DNA of 64,000 bases, taken from NCBI RefSeq assembly GCF_009834535.1, contig NC_045697.1, forward strand, positions 98,892,001-98,956,000. Reading direction: 5' to 3'. Numbering within the stretch: position 1 is the first letter of the stretch; every line of letters begins with the position of its first letter. Positions 1 through 14,160 of this stretch are shown piece by piece. The notes under the pieces are model-generated. The model was not told the origin of the DNA. It worked only from the letters and a program-made list of their open reading frames with translations, and did not search any database. The translations under genes were made by a program, and so were the position numbers. The stretch comes from Camelus ferus. Lineage: Eukaryota.

Positions 1-1096
1 AAATTCCAACTCAGTAGAACATAGAGTCATGGGAATAAGAAGCAAAGTATTTACAAATGTATGAGAAAGGCATACTTATGAGAACCCTGTTTCTTCTCTG
101 TCTCTTGATATCTCCAGCTATTAGAGTGATATTGCCATATATTGATTTCTGGTTTAGAGCATGTATCCTTGAGAATAATACTAGCTGCTTTACATACTAG
201 AACAAGGTAAATCCTATAGATACCACCCATTGCTTAACTTGGTTTGTTTGTTTGTTTTTGTTTTTAAATGCTGTGAAATAATTTCTTTGGCTAGAATATG
301 TGTTGGCAAAACCAGTTACTGTACTGGCCAAGACACATTGGACAGGTGTAGGGTATCTTGAGTTCCACGAGGGTTAACTGTTATTGCCTCTATGGTGAGA
401 GAAGGCAAATACAGGACTCAGATGTTCAGTGCTCTTGTGACAAACATAGTATTGTTTCTTACCTTCACGCCAGTCTACAGAGAATAGTTTTGTCTCAGTA
501 CTCAGTCTAGGAGTAGGACAGTAGCACAATTATGTAGTAAACATTACACTTGCCCAGTAATGATTACAAGTATGTAATTAATTAATACATTTATATACTT
601 AATAAAGAGTGGTAGAGACAGTTCTATAAATGTAAATCTTTTCAAATGCTATCTCACCAATAGTGTGGCATTTGAATAAATAAGGATTTCTATAGAATTT
701 GTAGTGGAGCAAAGCAACAGAGAATGAATATTGTACTTGTTTAAAGAGCTTGGTCATACTCAGCATTCACTCATTCTTTAATGTTCTTTACAGTTCTTAC
801 CCCTTTTCATCCTGTTTCACATCCCCCTGCCTTTTTTCCCCCTTGGCTATCTTACCTGTTTCTCTTACTTTCTTTTCCTGGTTCTATTTTATCTTCTTTA
901 CTTTAGATAATGTATAATCTCTATGGTTAAAAACCAGTGAGGAGTTCAGAATCCCTTTAGATAATGGGAGGGTAAAATATGAAAGTATTTTTGGGTGATT
1001 GGTAAGTGATTTAAAAAAGTGTTTTTAGTAGAAAGAGTAATTTACATCCCCTGAAAACCTTGTTTCCATTTGTATAATATCTTTTATTTTTGTTAG

Positions 1097-1205
1097 GTTG
1101 AAACCCCATTGGAAGAAGCTATTAAATTTTTAACACCATTGAAGAACTTGGTGAAGAACAAGATAGAAACTCATCTTTTTGCCTTTGAGATTTACTTTAG
1201 GAAAG
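1097..1205 (+). CDS. NAA15: NAA15 (NatA auxiliary subunit) internal coding exon
   Basis: ttttgttag|GTT...AAAG|gtaggc; translates [36 protein letters not shown], recognised as NAA15 C-terminal region; 109 nt, ends phase 1. Confidence 0.97.
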
Positions 1206-1639
1206 GTAGGCAATTAGGTATAGTGGCCCTGATAAAACTGATCACTGTATTTCTTAGATACAATTGCCCAACTCTGATAGCTTCACCACTGTAGGATATT
1301 TTGGCAAATGCCAATGCAGCTTCCTTACAGAAATGCCTGCTATGTACAAAATTTTGGGGAAAGTAGAAAGATACAGTTACCTCTTCTAGGATATTAGAAT
1401 CAAAAATAGATGTACAGTATATAACTAGGATTAAGGTCAGATATAGTAATTATCATGTACATGTGTGGATAAAATTTAGTTAATAAATATAGAGCTTAGA
1501 ATAGTGTCTGGTACACAGTAAGCATTAGATAAGTGTCAGCTATTAGTCATTGTTATAAATAGAAGATGTGATGTTTGAGGTGTATCTTGAAGAATGGATC
1601 ATATTTCTAAAAGAAAAGATGCATAGAAGGGAAGAGTAT

Positions 1640-1776
1640 CCATTAAGAAAACACAAGCGTATATAAATAATTTTGATGTTGTCTGTATTACCTGGGCCAG
1701 GTAAAGAGCCGTTAAGAAAACACAAGCGTATATAAATAATTTTGATGTCGTCTGTATTACCTGGGCCAGGTAAAGA
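1640..1776. repeat. 69-bp tandem duplication (2 copies)
   Basis: ccRttaagaaaacacaagcg...gggccaggtaaaga starts at 1640 and 1709 with two internal substitutions. Confidence 0.95.
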
Positions 1777-3136
1777 TTAAAGATTTATGGTATTGAATTG
1801 ATTAATTCAAATGGTTCATTGAAAAAAAGAGTTTATCACTGAGGTGATACATAGAAACTGGTTAGTAATATCTGACAGAAAGTTACTGTTTCACACAGTG
1901 TCACTGTCCTACTAAAAAAATAAAATGATACCTGTAGAGAGTATCCATTAAAAAATCATGTTTATCAAAAGTAATTAATAGTGTTGGGGAAAGGGTGCTA
2001 TATAACATTGTTTCAAAATGAGATTCAAACTAACTATAGTTTGATCTTAACATTTATTAAGATGTTTATATGGGTATGTAAAATACAAAAGTAGCTGGGA
2101 AGAAAATAGATCAAAAGATAAAAGAGATGATCTGTTGGTGAAATTTGAGTGATTAAAATATTATCGTCCATATTTTGTATTTTCTACAATGATTATATTA
2201 TAATTTGGAAAATTAGTTTAATAAATACTCCAGTAATTTTAACTTTTAATACAATTCTCTTTTAAAAAAACAAATATTCTTGTGTGTAACCCTAAGGTAT
2301 AAAATACAAAAGCTGTTCTGCTTAAAGCAGGGAAGGGCAGTCCAAATTCCATTCAGTTGACTTTTTGGCTGTGTACTAACCTTTGAAGCACTCTCCAGAA
2401 CTTGGAATCCATTGCAACAGTGTGAAATGGGTAATGACAAAGGGCATGGCAGCAATTTTAGTGCTGGGACAAGGGAAAAGGAATTATCAGAGGAGCCTGG
2501 GGGTTTGAATTTTGATATTTGGAGAATTGTACCAGATTAGGGAAATCTTAACAAAGAGGTAGTTATGGATGAGACTTGGAAGTGTAGTGAGTTTTCGGGT
2601 GCAGGTTTCTATTCCAGGTGGAGACACTATTGAAGCTTGGGAAACGGTTTGGAGTGGGGAGATAACGTAGAGAAAGATTAGAAAATGACTGAAAACATAA
2701 CCTTAGTGAACACTCTACCTTTTGAGGAGAAAGAGGAACCAGGGATTGACAGGACAGGAGCAGTCAGATAAAAGGGAAACCATTTCACATGTCACAAAAT
2801 GCAAGAAAGGAAATAGTTTCAAGTATAAACAATGACGTTTTCTAAGTTATGGGGAAAATTTGTTTATTTTGACTAAAGGAGGTTAGGAAATGAAATGGCT
2901 TCAGTTTTTTTGTTTATATGGCATTAGTTCAAATAATGTTGAATGCTATCTAAAATTTTTATACTTAAAACTTCTTTTCTTAATGTTGTATGGAAAATAT
3001 TAGCTAATGTTGCTTATCTGAGGAAATCACTTCCTTCAGTCATGTTAGTTCAGATGTGATTGACTCTAAATTAGTTTTTCTGTTTGTAAGATCTTAGTCC
3101 TCCAAAAGAGGGCGTCTCTTTTTTATCAAATGATGA

Positions 3137-3286
<150 letters not shown>

Positions 3287-4950
3287 TAAGTATCTGATTA
3301 CAGTAGTTGATAGTGACTGTACAAGTGATTTGTACAAGGTTATCATAAACTCAATCATTTTAAAGCTGTTGTGATTAAATTGGCTAAGGGGAAAAGCAGA
3401 GTTCTTTTCTTTGTAATAAAGGTCTTTATTTTAAAGTTCTAAATGTTATCTCATTTTGACATAGAATTGTTCAGTCCATATATTTGAGAATCACCTTTGT
3501 TTCTGTTTCTAAAAAGTTAGTAAATTGAAGTTTTGAATTGTATTTCATTATGTAGAACTTCTTAGTAAATTGTTCTAATATTGAAGGATCTCTTTGAAAT
3601 TGGTAAGTTATCCACTTGTTTATCTGTTTTTAGCACAATTATGTGAGTCAGAATTTTTGTTATTTGATGTAGTTTAAAAAGAACTTTAAAACAATCATTG
3701 TACTTTTCAAATATATTGACAGTAAGATCTGTACATTCGTTTTAATGTGATGTAAAACTGCAAGATTTTAAAGAATGAAAGGTCAAATTTTATGCTAATT
3801 ATCTCTTGTTTTATAGTTGAGAAATCTGAGTCCCTAACAGGTTAGATTGCTTATTCAAGATAACATCAATAACTAGTAATGAAGCAGGGATGAGAGCCCA
3901 GGTTTTCATATTGTTCTTTCTACTACAAGAGCTTTAAATTTAGAATAAAGTACCCCTGTAGTTTAGTAGTGTTGTTTTTGTTTTGATTTTTAAGTGACTG
4001 GATAAGGAGAAGTTGAATCTTTAATAGAACAATCTGCAGAATTTGGAAGTACAATTAAATTAGCTATCCCATTGCTATATACTCAGCCCCATATTAATTT
4101 ATACATTATATAAAAATAATGAAATTAAACCAAGCATCCCAGTCATTCTTTTGAAAAATGCTACATTGTCCCAGTTAAGAACATTGGTTTGACTTCTAAG
4201 AAAAAATTAAAGCCTTATTTAAATTAAATTTATGTTTATTAAAAAAGTGATTCCTGGTTACAGACACAAGAAAAATTTTCCCTCAATTTAAAAAATTCTG
4301 AAAGTAATAAATATTATAACCACATAATGGAAAGTAGAAGAAAGAATTGCTGTATTTAGAGAAAATGAAGAAGTTTCTTCCTTTTAGTCTCTTTTTGTAT
4401 TAAAAAAAACTTTGAAATCATGAATCAGAAAATTAAGAATAGAAATAATAGTCTTAATTTATTATCAGTTAGGATATACTTTCAATATACATACTTTGTT
4501 TTTATACAATCAGTTCTTTCCGAAAGATAATATAAAATAATATGTATACATCTTACAGAGTTGGAGACTTTCCTTTGAAATATAAATTAAAAGTGATATT
4601 TAGATGTATTTGTTTGTAATAAGTATATAGATTGATGAACATATGACTATTTTCTTGCAACAGCTGTTTCAGAAAATAAAATGGTCATGAACTTTAAAAG
4701 AAAAAAAGCAGAATGATCCTGACATAAAAGTTAGAGTTACTGATTGGAGTTAAATGTTAGCTGTGCCCATTGTGCCAGGTGTTCAGCTGATATCATTGTC
4801 AGGAAGAGATTTACAAAGTGATCCTCATTTTGACTAAATTTAGGCAATGAAAGGAGTGATAATTTATAGTGATAAAGATGCTCTGTCTCTTTTAAAAGCC
4901 TTCAAGAACTTGGATAGACTGTTAATTACCTCTGTTAAGAATAGGTGTGT

Positions 4951-5640
4951 ACTGTTGGTGGAAGTATAATTTGGTACAGCCACTATGGAAAACAGTATAG
5001 AGATTCCTTAAGAGACTAAAAAACAGAGTTACCATATGATCCAGCAATCCCACTCGTGGGCATATATCCGGAGGAAAGTCTAATTCGGAGAAACGCACAC
5101 CCCTGTGTTCATAGCAACACTATTTACGATAGCCAAGACATGGAAGCACCCTAAATGTCCATTGACAGATGACTGGATAAAGATGATATCCAGAAGATAC
5201 ACACATTCACTCACTGTGGAATATTACTTAGTCATAAAAAAGAATGGAGTAATCCCTTTTGCAGCAACATGGAGATTACCATACTAAGTGAAATAAGTCA
5301 AAAAGAGAAAGACAAATATCATATAATATCACTTACATGTAGAGTCTTAAAAAATGATATAAATGGACTTACTTACAAAATAGAAATAGACTCACAGACA
5401 TAGAAAACAAACTTACGGTTACCAAAGGGGAAGAAGGTCAGGATAAATTAGGAGTTTGGGATTAGCAGATACAAACTACTATATGTAAAACAGACAAGGT
5501 TCTACTGTATAGCACGGGGAACTACATTCAATTTCTTACAATAACCTATAATGAAAAAGTATATATGTATGTATACACACACACACATATATATGTATGT
5601 ATAACTGAATCACTATGCTCTACACCAGAAACTAAAACAC
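4951..5640 (+). mobile_element. LINE-1 3' fragment (ORF2 end plus 3' UTR)
   Basis: ORF2 C-terminal remnant FIATLFTIAKTWKHPKCP; gatccagcaatcccactc; L1 3' UTR; flanked by aggtgtgta direct repeats. Confidence 0.93.
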
Positions 5641-8600
5641 AGGTGTGTATACTATAAAGACATTTGTAAAACTACAGAAACACAAAATAGGGGCATCTTT
5701 GTTACTATACCCCACTTTAATTAATGTATTTGGTACTTTAAAGAAAGTTTTGACTTTGAAGTAACTTTTCAGGAACACATTTGTGGTGTTAAGTTACATT
5801 GTAGTAACTGCTTTACAAAGAAGTATGGAGGAAAAAACGCCTCTACACTTTAAAAAAAGTCAGCTGTAGAAGCTTCTCTAAGTGAATGTTTATTCATTTT
5901 AGCATGGTTATGGGTACCTTCCAAATCTCCAGAATGTTGTTATACTACCAGTGTAAATAATAATTGCTACATGAGGTCATTTACTGTATAGGATGCCTCC
6001 TCCCTACTTTTTGATTAGAAGGGTGATACTACTGTTTTCAAGGTTTTCACTTTTTTTTTTTTTTTTTAAGTTGTAGGACTTAAAGCTATTTAAATTATAT
6101 TTCTGGTCAGTGCTAAGTAAAAGATAGGAGCTTAGTTATTATTTGGTCACCTTTATCTACAATGAATCTTGCATCGTTTTTCCTCTCATTTGTACAAACT
6201 CATTTCTTCCTTTTATCTGCAAATTACTTTTCTTTTGTACTTACGTATCTCTCCCCCCGAAACCTTGCTTAATTAATACTGTTTTATTTATTTGGCCAGT
6301 TTGAGTGGTAATCTTTTTGTAGGTTGTGCCATAACCTAGGTGTGACTAATCATTACCTCACACAAAATTTGAACATTTTCTACCCAAGCTATTAACAAGA
6401 AGTGTCAGCCAGCCTGAGAACCCAGGGAAACTCCTTTTGCTAAGAATCAGGCCCCCTCTTCAGTGTTGCTTTTAACTGTTGTGATTACTGAATTTATTCA
6501 GTCTGTTAATAAGCTAATAGGATGAATTAAACATTATTTTAATTTTAGAATCTCTGAGGACTCAAATCAAAAACTCCTTAGAAAATATTTTATTCCCCTC
6601 CTCCCAACCAGTTATTATTTTTTCTTGATTCATCCACAGAACTTATTATTATGTCATGGAAGATAAAATAGTCTTTTTTTTTACTTTCTTGAGACCTCAA
6701 TAGTTTTTTTTTTTTTTTTTATCACTTTCAGAGGATTTTTAGATTAACACCCCCGCGCACACACACACACACACAATTAGTCTTTAGTATAGAAGGTTAT
6801 CTAATTTGAGGTTGTTCCTTTCCTTAAAGGTGTAGGTAAGATTTCACTATACAAAGTTCCATAGGACACTCTTAATTTTACTGCAGTAGGATTGATTGAT
6901 TGTAATTAATATCTTTCTGGAAATTATGGTTCCAGTCTACATGATTTAGGGGAGAAAACTGAGTTGGCCACAGTTTGTGAATTAGTAAGGAAATGTTTTT
7001 GGAATACCTGTTAGTCAATGTTGGGAGTTATTTAAATATTTCCTCTTTACACATTTCAAACACAAAAGATACATATTTATATATTTGTTTTTAATTATAT
7101 GGGCTTTTTTTAAACAGCAGTTTTTATTTCTCGAGATTGTTTAATTTGAGGAAAACAAGTTAATGAAAGTAATGAAAAACATAAAGGGGGTTTCCAACTA
7201 TAATGTAAACTACACAGTTACTTTCCTGTCTGCATATAAAGTATCCTAAAAGCATTTCAAGCAAAGCAATGAGTCCCAGAGAAATAACATATTTTATAGA
7301 TGACTTCTGTTGACATCTATGTTCATTGTAATTGGCTTTAACCTATTTAAACAATTTTTCTTCCCATTCTCTGCACTCATGCGTTCCCTCCTCCCTAAAA
7401 GACAAATATTGATTAATTGCCAAATCCAGTTGAAAGTACAGCCATAATGGAGGTTAAGCTAAATTCTTTAACTAGTAGCTAAGTTATTTCAACTATTGAC
7501 TTCTATAGAATGATGGAAGAAATGCTGTTCAGCAAAGATCATATCAGTTACTCAGTTGCTAAATTATGTGCAGAATAGTTTCCTTGTATGTTTACTATTT
7601 AAGAGTTCAGTGTTTTTTTAAACAAGGTAGTGATCCATTAGTGAGGCAGTGAAAGCAATTTACTGGGTCTTTACCAGTATTTGAAAACCTAAAATAGAAA
7701 TAGAATAAAGTAGAAGACACCAGCATGTGTTGCACGGAGTAAGGGTCAGTGTTCTGTGAAACTTTTACTACACATAATGAGTTATGTATATAGGATACAT
7801 GTTCATTACAGTATAAGATACTTGGTTGTCGTCAAAGTTTGAAAGGCACAACAGTAATTCCTAACTATAAAGAAAATCTATGTTTTAAATCCTACAACAG
7901 AAACAGTAACTACAATATATGGAATATATTGTATAATTAGCTAATCGTATAATTAGCTCTTTTACACATAGCTTTTCTTTACTGTGATCCTTCCAGGTTA
8001 AGTATCACCTCAGTTTTACAGATCAAGAGAGGTTATGATTTGTCCAAGCCTAGATTCATACCCAGGTCTGTCTGGCTCAAAGCTCCAGACTGTCTCTCTA
8101 TACCCAAATAATAATGAAACAAAACTTAACTATGATTCAATCTAGAGAGATTGGGAAACAACTTTCCATCTCCAAATCCCAGTGCCTGGAAATACGAAGA
8201 CTACAGTGTATTCATTTCAGGAAAATACTTTGGTGTTCCTTTGGAGTATATTATATAGTGATTGTTCAATTCACATAACCCCTGAAAATAAGGTCAATGA
8301 AGTCAGTCATTTTTTTTTAAATGATAAATTTGTAATGCCTTACTTGGGTATAGAAGAAGATGGAGAGGACAAGGAAAATTCTGTTGTCTTCAGTACTACA
8401 TATTTGCTGTGACACTATTCACCAGGTAGGTGCCATCAAAGCCCCTGCTTTAGAAAGTCCCTTTAAAATTGAGGGGGGCAGCTGGTAGGGGCTTAGAAGA
8501 TTGTGAAACTCTATCTTTCATCATCTATATTGCTTTCAGTGTAGAATTCTTTTCTGGAAATGAATCATCTTTCAGTGAAATGTCTTTGCTAGCCTTTAGA

Positions 8601-8801
8601 AAATTATTAGATTATTCTGCTGATACACATTCTTCAAATTTATATAGGTAAGCTCTTCTTTAAATGTTGAATTGTCAGTAGGTTTTTCTAGTCTTTGTAT
8701 ATAGTTTTGTTTCATTGGACTCATCAAGTAGATAATTTTTTAACTCTTACAGACTTTCAGAGTATCCAGCTACTAATAGAGTTTATTTTTAATTTGTTCA
8801 G

Positions 8802-8948
8802 CAGTGTGTGAAAGTAAAGATTTACCTGATACAGTTAGAACAGTATTAAAACAAGAAATGAATCGTCTTTTTGGAGCAACGAATCCAAAGAATTTTAATG
8901 AAACTTTTCTGAAAAGGAATTCTGATTCATTGCCACACAGATTATCAG
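8802..8948 (+). CDS. NAA15: NAA15 internal coding exon (alternative start 8805 via CAGCAG acceptor)
   Basis: ttgttcag|CAGTGTGT...TCAG|gtattc; (A)[48 protein letters not shown]; 147 nt. Confidence 0.96.
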
Positions 8949-9817
8949 GTATTCGCTTTGTTTCACCCTTACCTTAGCCTCTGAAACAACTAGTTTTTAT
9001 TTGATGGATCGATGACAAGGTTACACATTTTTTGAATGGAAGAAGCAATGTGTATATGTCACATTTTAATCTCATGGAAACAGGCAGCTTAAATATGCTT
9101 CCTATACATTTTTAAATTTCTTAGATAAAATTGTGACTATAAATCAAGGCAAATAGTTTCTCCTGGTTCTGCATAGGCATTACAAAGAAGCAAGTATAGC
9201 TGAATTTAGCTATCTGTTACATACGAAAGAGGAGCTTTCTATTTATTTTCTTTCTCTCAACAACATGCTCTTAAAATTTACTGGGTTGCAACCATCATCT
9301 TTCATTTTTCATGCTTTTATAAGATGTCAAGCTTGTAATTGGCAGTAATAAACACCTAAAAACACCTCATGAGTGAGGATCATCTGGCAAGGGTCTGTGC
9401 TAGAGAGCCAGAGTCTGGACTGGGTGAGACCACATGGATAATGCTTTTAAAATACCTAGCTAAGAAGCTCAGCAACTTTGTGGAATTCTGAATTCAGTTT
9501 TTTGGCTCATACTGTTAAGGTTGGCTATCTCCCCTACCGCTACCCCCCATCTCTCTCTCTCTCACACACACACACACACGTATTCCCTTCACCACACACG
9601 CACACACGTATTCCCTTCACCCCTAGATTATGCTTATTTAGAGAAGAAAAGAAAACTCTCCATGGTCCTACTACACAAGGACAAATATTATTAGACTATT
9701 TGCATTTCTTCAAGGTCTCTCTTGCCTTAATCATTTTCACACTGTGTGTGCACACGACACCTTGCATTTTATGTTTGAATGGATAGAAGATAAGATGCTG
9801 TTTTTACTTTGAAATAA

Positions 9818-9958
<141 letters not shown>

Positions 9959-11248
9959 TAATTTCTTTGTAAGGGTACCTGACCATTTTTTGTTTCTCTT
10001 TTCACCAAGAGAATAATTTTCACCAAATATTTTTTTGTTGTTTATGTGTGCTAGTCTCTAAACCATTTATGAATCTATGTCAGAAACTTAGCTTATCTTA
10101 AATTTATGTAGGATTGTATATTGTGCACACATGTACAACAGGCTACTTGGCATTCAATAACTAGTTTCACATTTAGTTTAACAGAGTAATTGTTTTGAAT
10201 AATTTGTTACAAATATATTTTAGTAAAATCTACACATTCCACAGTTAAGTTTAGATTTCAATTCATATTTATACATTTCTGAGCAAGCAGTGGTCTCAGT
10301 GACAATTCTGACATTTAAGATGTATTTACCAGGATACAGATTCTAGTTTAGACAGAAAACAAAGACCACTTTGTGTGATAATAGGCCAGATCAGAAAGCG
10401 CTTACTGAAAGACAGTTTAGTATATTCTTTTAAAAGCAAATGAAGAAAAGAACTTCAAGCAAGAAAATTTTTACTTCTTGGATTCCATTTACTGCAGCAT
10501 TTAGATTAGAACCTTTCTAGACTGACTGGCAGTTTGTGGGGTATTTATATATCTGGAAACTATGTAGTATTTTCCAAGTGTAAAGATGAAGAAAGAAAAC
10601 ATGAGAAATGCAAGTCAGTATGAATCATTTAAAAATATAACTAAACCTACTTAAGGGTTTGGTTGAAAGAATTATCGATTTTCATGAGCAACTACTTCTT
10701 GTATGTATACCCTTTGTGTTTGACCCTTGTGTATACCCTTTCCTGCCTAGTCATTGGACATACCTTAAGATTCTCTTTAATTTGAATACATGGTTGAAAA
10801 ACAGTTTTGCAGACTGGCTGTAAATTCAAAGGCTTAAGTGTAGTAATTCAAAAAATTCAAAGTCTTTAAAATTCAAAGGCTTAAGTGTAGTAATTGACAT
10901 TAGCATGCAAATTTCAACATCTATACACAGGGCCAGCTAGGCCGTGAGGCAAGGTTGCTGATGGGCACTTACCGAGAGGGAGTGTCTTTAAATGTAGCAC
11001 TCTACATACCTTGCTTGCCCCATCTTAGTCCTGGCCATATTTATACATCCATTCTTTTGTGTAAACTCTTCAGTTCTGAAGAAACTAATTCTAATGGAAC
11101 ACATAGAGTAAGTGCTTTTGTGTATCTTTAATATGTACATTTGCCTCTTATTTTTGCAATCTGTTGATAATGAAATGTCTAATAAATTCACAGGAAAATC
11201 TTTTTTTTTTTTTGACAAGTTATAACATGACCTTTTTTCTTTCTTTAG

Positions 11249-11449
<201 letters not shown>

Positions 11450-14160
11450 ACATCATTAAACAAGCAAATGGAATGACTTTGGACCATATCTAGTGTATAA
11501 TATTTTTGTCACGCACCTGCTGCATTGCTCTAACTTACACAGAATGAGAAGAGTAAATGTTCTTGCCTTCAAATAGTGTTTTACGTTTTTATCCTGCTGA
11601 AAAAGTATATATAAAATATCTAACATATTACAGGATATAGGTTCAGTTTCTTAAAAAATTAAAAGCTGCTAAAATTGAGAGGTTAAAAAAAGATACCTTA
11701 TCCTATTCCTACCTACCCACCCATGTTTTTAAACTAATTTATATAAAATCTGGAGGCTGTTAAAGCTAACAAAGCAGGTGTGTGGCAGAAATATTACTTT
11801 AAATTTGTCTTGTGAGATTTTACTATATCTCAGACAGCATAAATGCTGTTTTAGCACTGGATTCTTTCACTGAGCACAAAGAGTTGTTGGGGCTTTAGCA
11901 TCTGACTGATTTTGTTACGGGGTTGATTCTGACCATAGGAAGTATGCAATGTGAATCACTATTTACAGAGAAACCTACAACAGATGCTTGACGTTGTAGC
12001 AGCTGGGACATATAGATACCAAGCAGAATTATAAGAAACCTAGAGGGTGTTCAATACGCTTGTTGTGTTTCCAAAATTCACTGTACATGATCAGTTTGGT
12101 GTTCTTGTACCACAGTTTTTAACTGAAGGAACCAGTTGGAACAATCTCAATTTTAACTAAAACTTGAAGAACTAAAATAACAATGCAAACCTTTCAGCAT
12201 TGTTTTGGCCAAACTTGTTAAAACTGTAATGCAAGAACCAAATGCACTGTGATGTGGCACCAACTAATTAGCAAGCATGAATTTTTTCACCCAAGAGTGA
12301 AAAAAGAAAATCTACTATGGCTTGAAGTTAAAGAGCAGAACTCCTGACAACCATTCTATGACTGATCAAGAGACTAATAGTTAAAAACCTCAGCAGGCCT
12401 TGTTCATGATATGCAGAAAAAAAAAGTGCTGCAGTTTAGATACCTCTGGAATTTTTCCACAGTGTCACAGGTTTGTAATACTTGAAGCCCTACATTTCTA
12501 AGAATATATTTCTTGCTCAGTTGTTTCAGGCAAGCCCAAGACTTTGTAATTTTTAAAGGGCCCAAGATTTTTTTTTTTTTCAATAACAGACCAGCTTCTT
12601 TTTCCTGCAGTTACAGATGTAATTTCCTTTTTGTTGTCAAACATAAGGTACCAAATATGATGCAATAAATTGTTTTGAAAAACAGTTGTGTGAATATTTC
12701 AACTACTATGTGTTGGGCTTCTGTGAAAATACACAGGTGGAAACAGAGGTGCAAGCCAGAGGCAATGTAATGTGCTAGTGCAGATGGGAGCTTTTTAGAA
12801 TGGGCTAAATGCTGGTGTCAGGGAAATGCCATAATGCAAGTGTAGTGCTGTTCCTGCATTAAGATTTCATTGAGGGCTAGGATGGCAGCAGGTACTATGA
12901 ATAGAGTTTGTAATCTGAAAGGAAAACTAAGAACTGCTATTTTGATTGAGAAAATGAGCCTTAAAATGTTAAGCCTCTACACCAAGAACTAGCCAGAGGC
13001 TCAGTATTCTCATTGTATTTTTAAGATCTCATCAGATAAGGAGATTAAGTAAAATGAATTGATTGTATATAATTGACCTTTTTGTGGTACTTTTAGTTTA
13101 TAGAAAGTATATTCTAAAGGGAATTTTCAGGAGACCTGATCCTTTTACTGACTGAACAGTTGTGCTAAACTCAACCTTTCATAGTACATGACCTGCATTC
13201 CACATCCCAGTCTAACAATTTAGTGATGTAAAGAGAAGTACAAACTGAACTCCAGTGCTTTGTTACGTTTTATTAACTGGCCCTGTCTCAGGAACATCTT
13301 AACAGATGGCAAAAACAAAAACAAAAACTTCTTTTCAACTTCTCCTATGAGTGGCAACTGAAGTTCTTATTGTTGGTAAAGAACACTAGTGCTACCTCTG
13401 CCACTAATGAGGTGTTTGGAGGAGGCACCAGCCATATAATAGGGGTGTATGTGTGAATTATGTTTAAACTCTACTGTATATTGAAATGAAATTCATATAT
13501 TTGTCTTGGCAATGTTCAAATGATGTAGATTGTCTTAGAATGAATATTCAGAAGTACTCAGAATTGATGCAGATGCCACCCATGAGGAGCTAAATTCCTA
13601 ACCTGTATATTGTATTCCAACCCAATTTTACTGGAACTATTAAATAAATATTTTATTTTCTTTCAGGTTTACTTGATAGTGGATACATTGTTTGGTATCA
13701 GAGGACATTGACAAGGGTTCATTTTATGTCCAGAGATCACCCCTAAAACATTGTACTGTACTATCTTGCTCTGAGTGGTACCAACTGGATCATCTCACAT
13801 TTGCCTCATTCACTCTATTCCAAATGATACTGTGGGAAAAAACAGGGTTAGAAAAACAACTTGGGGGGAAAATGCAGTGATGTTGTAATCTAAACAAGTG
13901 CCTTATGTTTATTGCTAAGAACTGGTGTTATCAACCCTTTTGAGAAGAAAGGGTCCCTTGACCTGTATGAACATAGGAAAGTAAAGTTCTTTTTGTTTTT
14001 CTTTATATTTACTACTCTTGTCATTTCTCATTTAAAAACTAAAATCTGACTAGGTTAGTTTCCTCAGCTTTAATTAGATAATTGAATCCTAACATTTTCA
14101 ACATTTTTTTCTGTATCTATTTATTATGCACAAGAATAAAGTGTGATCTATAATAGCATG
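11450..14160 (+). other. NAA15: NAA15 3' UTR with tandem poly(A) signals (end approximate)
   Basis: About 2.7 kb of AT-rich sequence with no recognisable interspersed repeat after the stop; AATAAA at 12664, 13643 and 14135. Confidence 0.7.

Noticed and set aside
10822..10895. Repeat-spacer-repeat as a CRISPR-like array
   Set aside because: Only two copies, spacer derived from the repeat, mammalian intron
10925..10987. GC-rich patch with a minus-strand TCG|gtaagt donor in an NAA15 intron
   Set aside because: No matching acceptor or promoter found; may be a small transposon remnant
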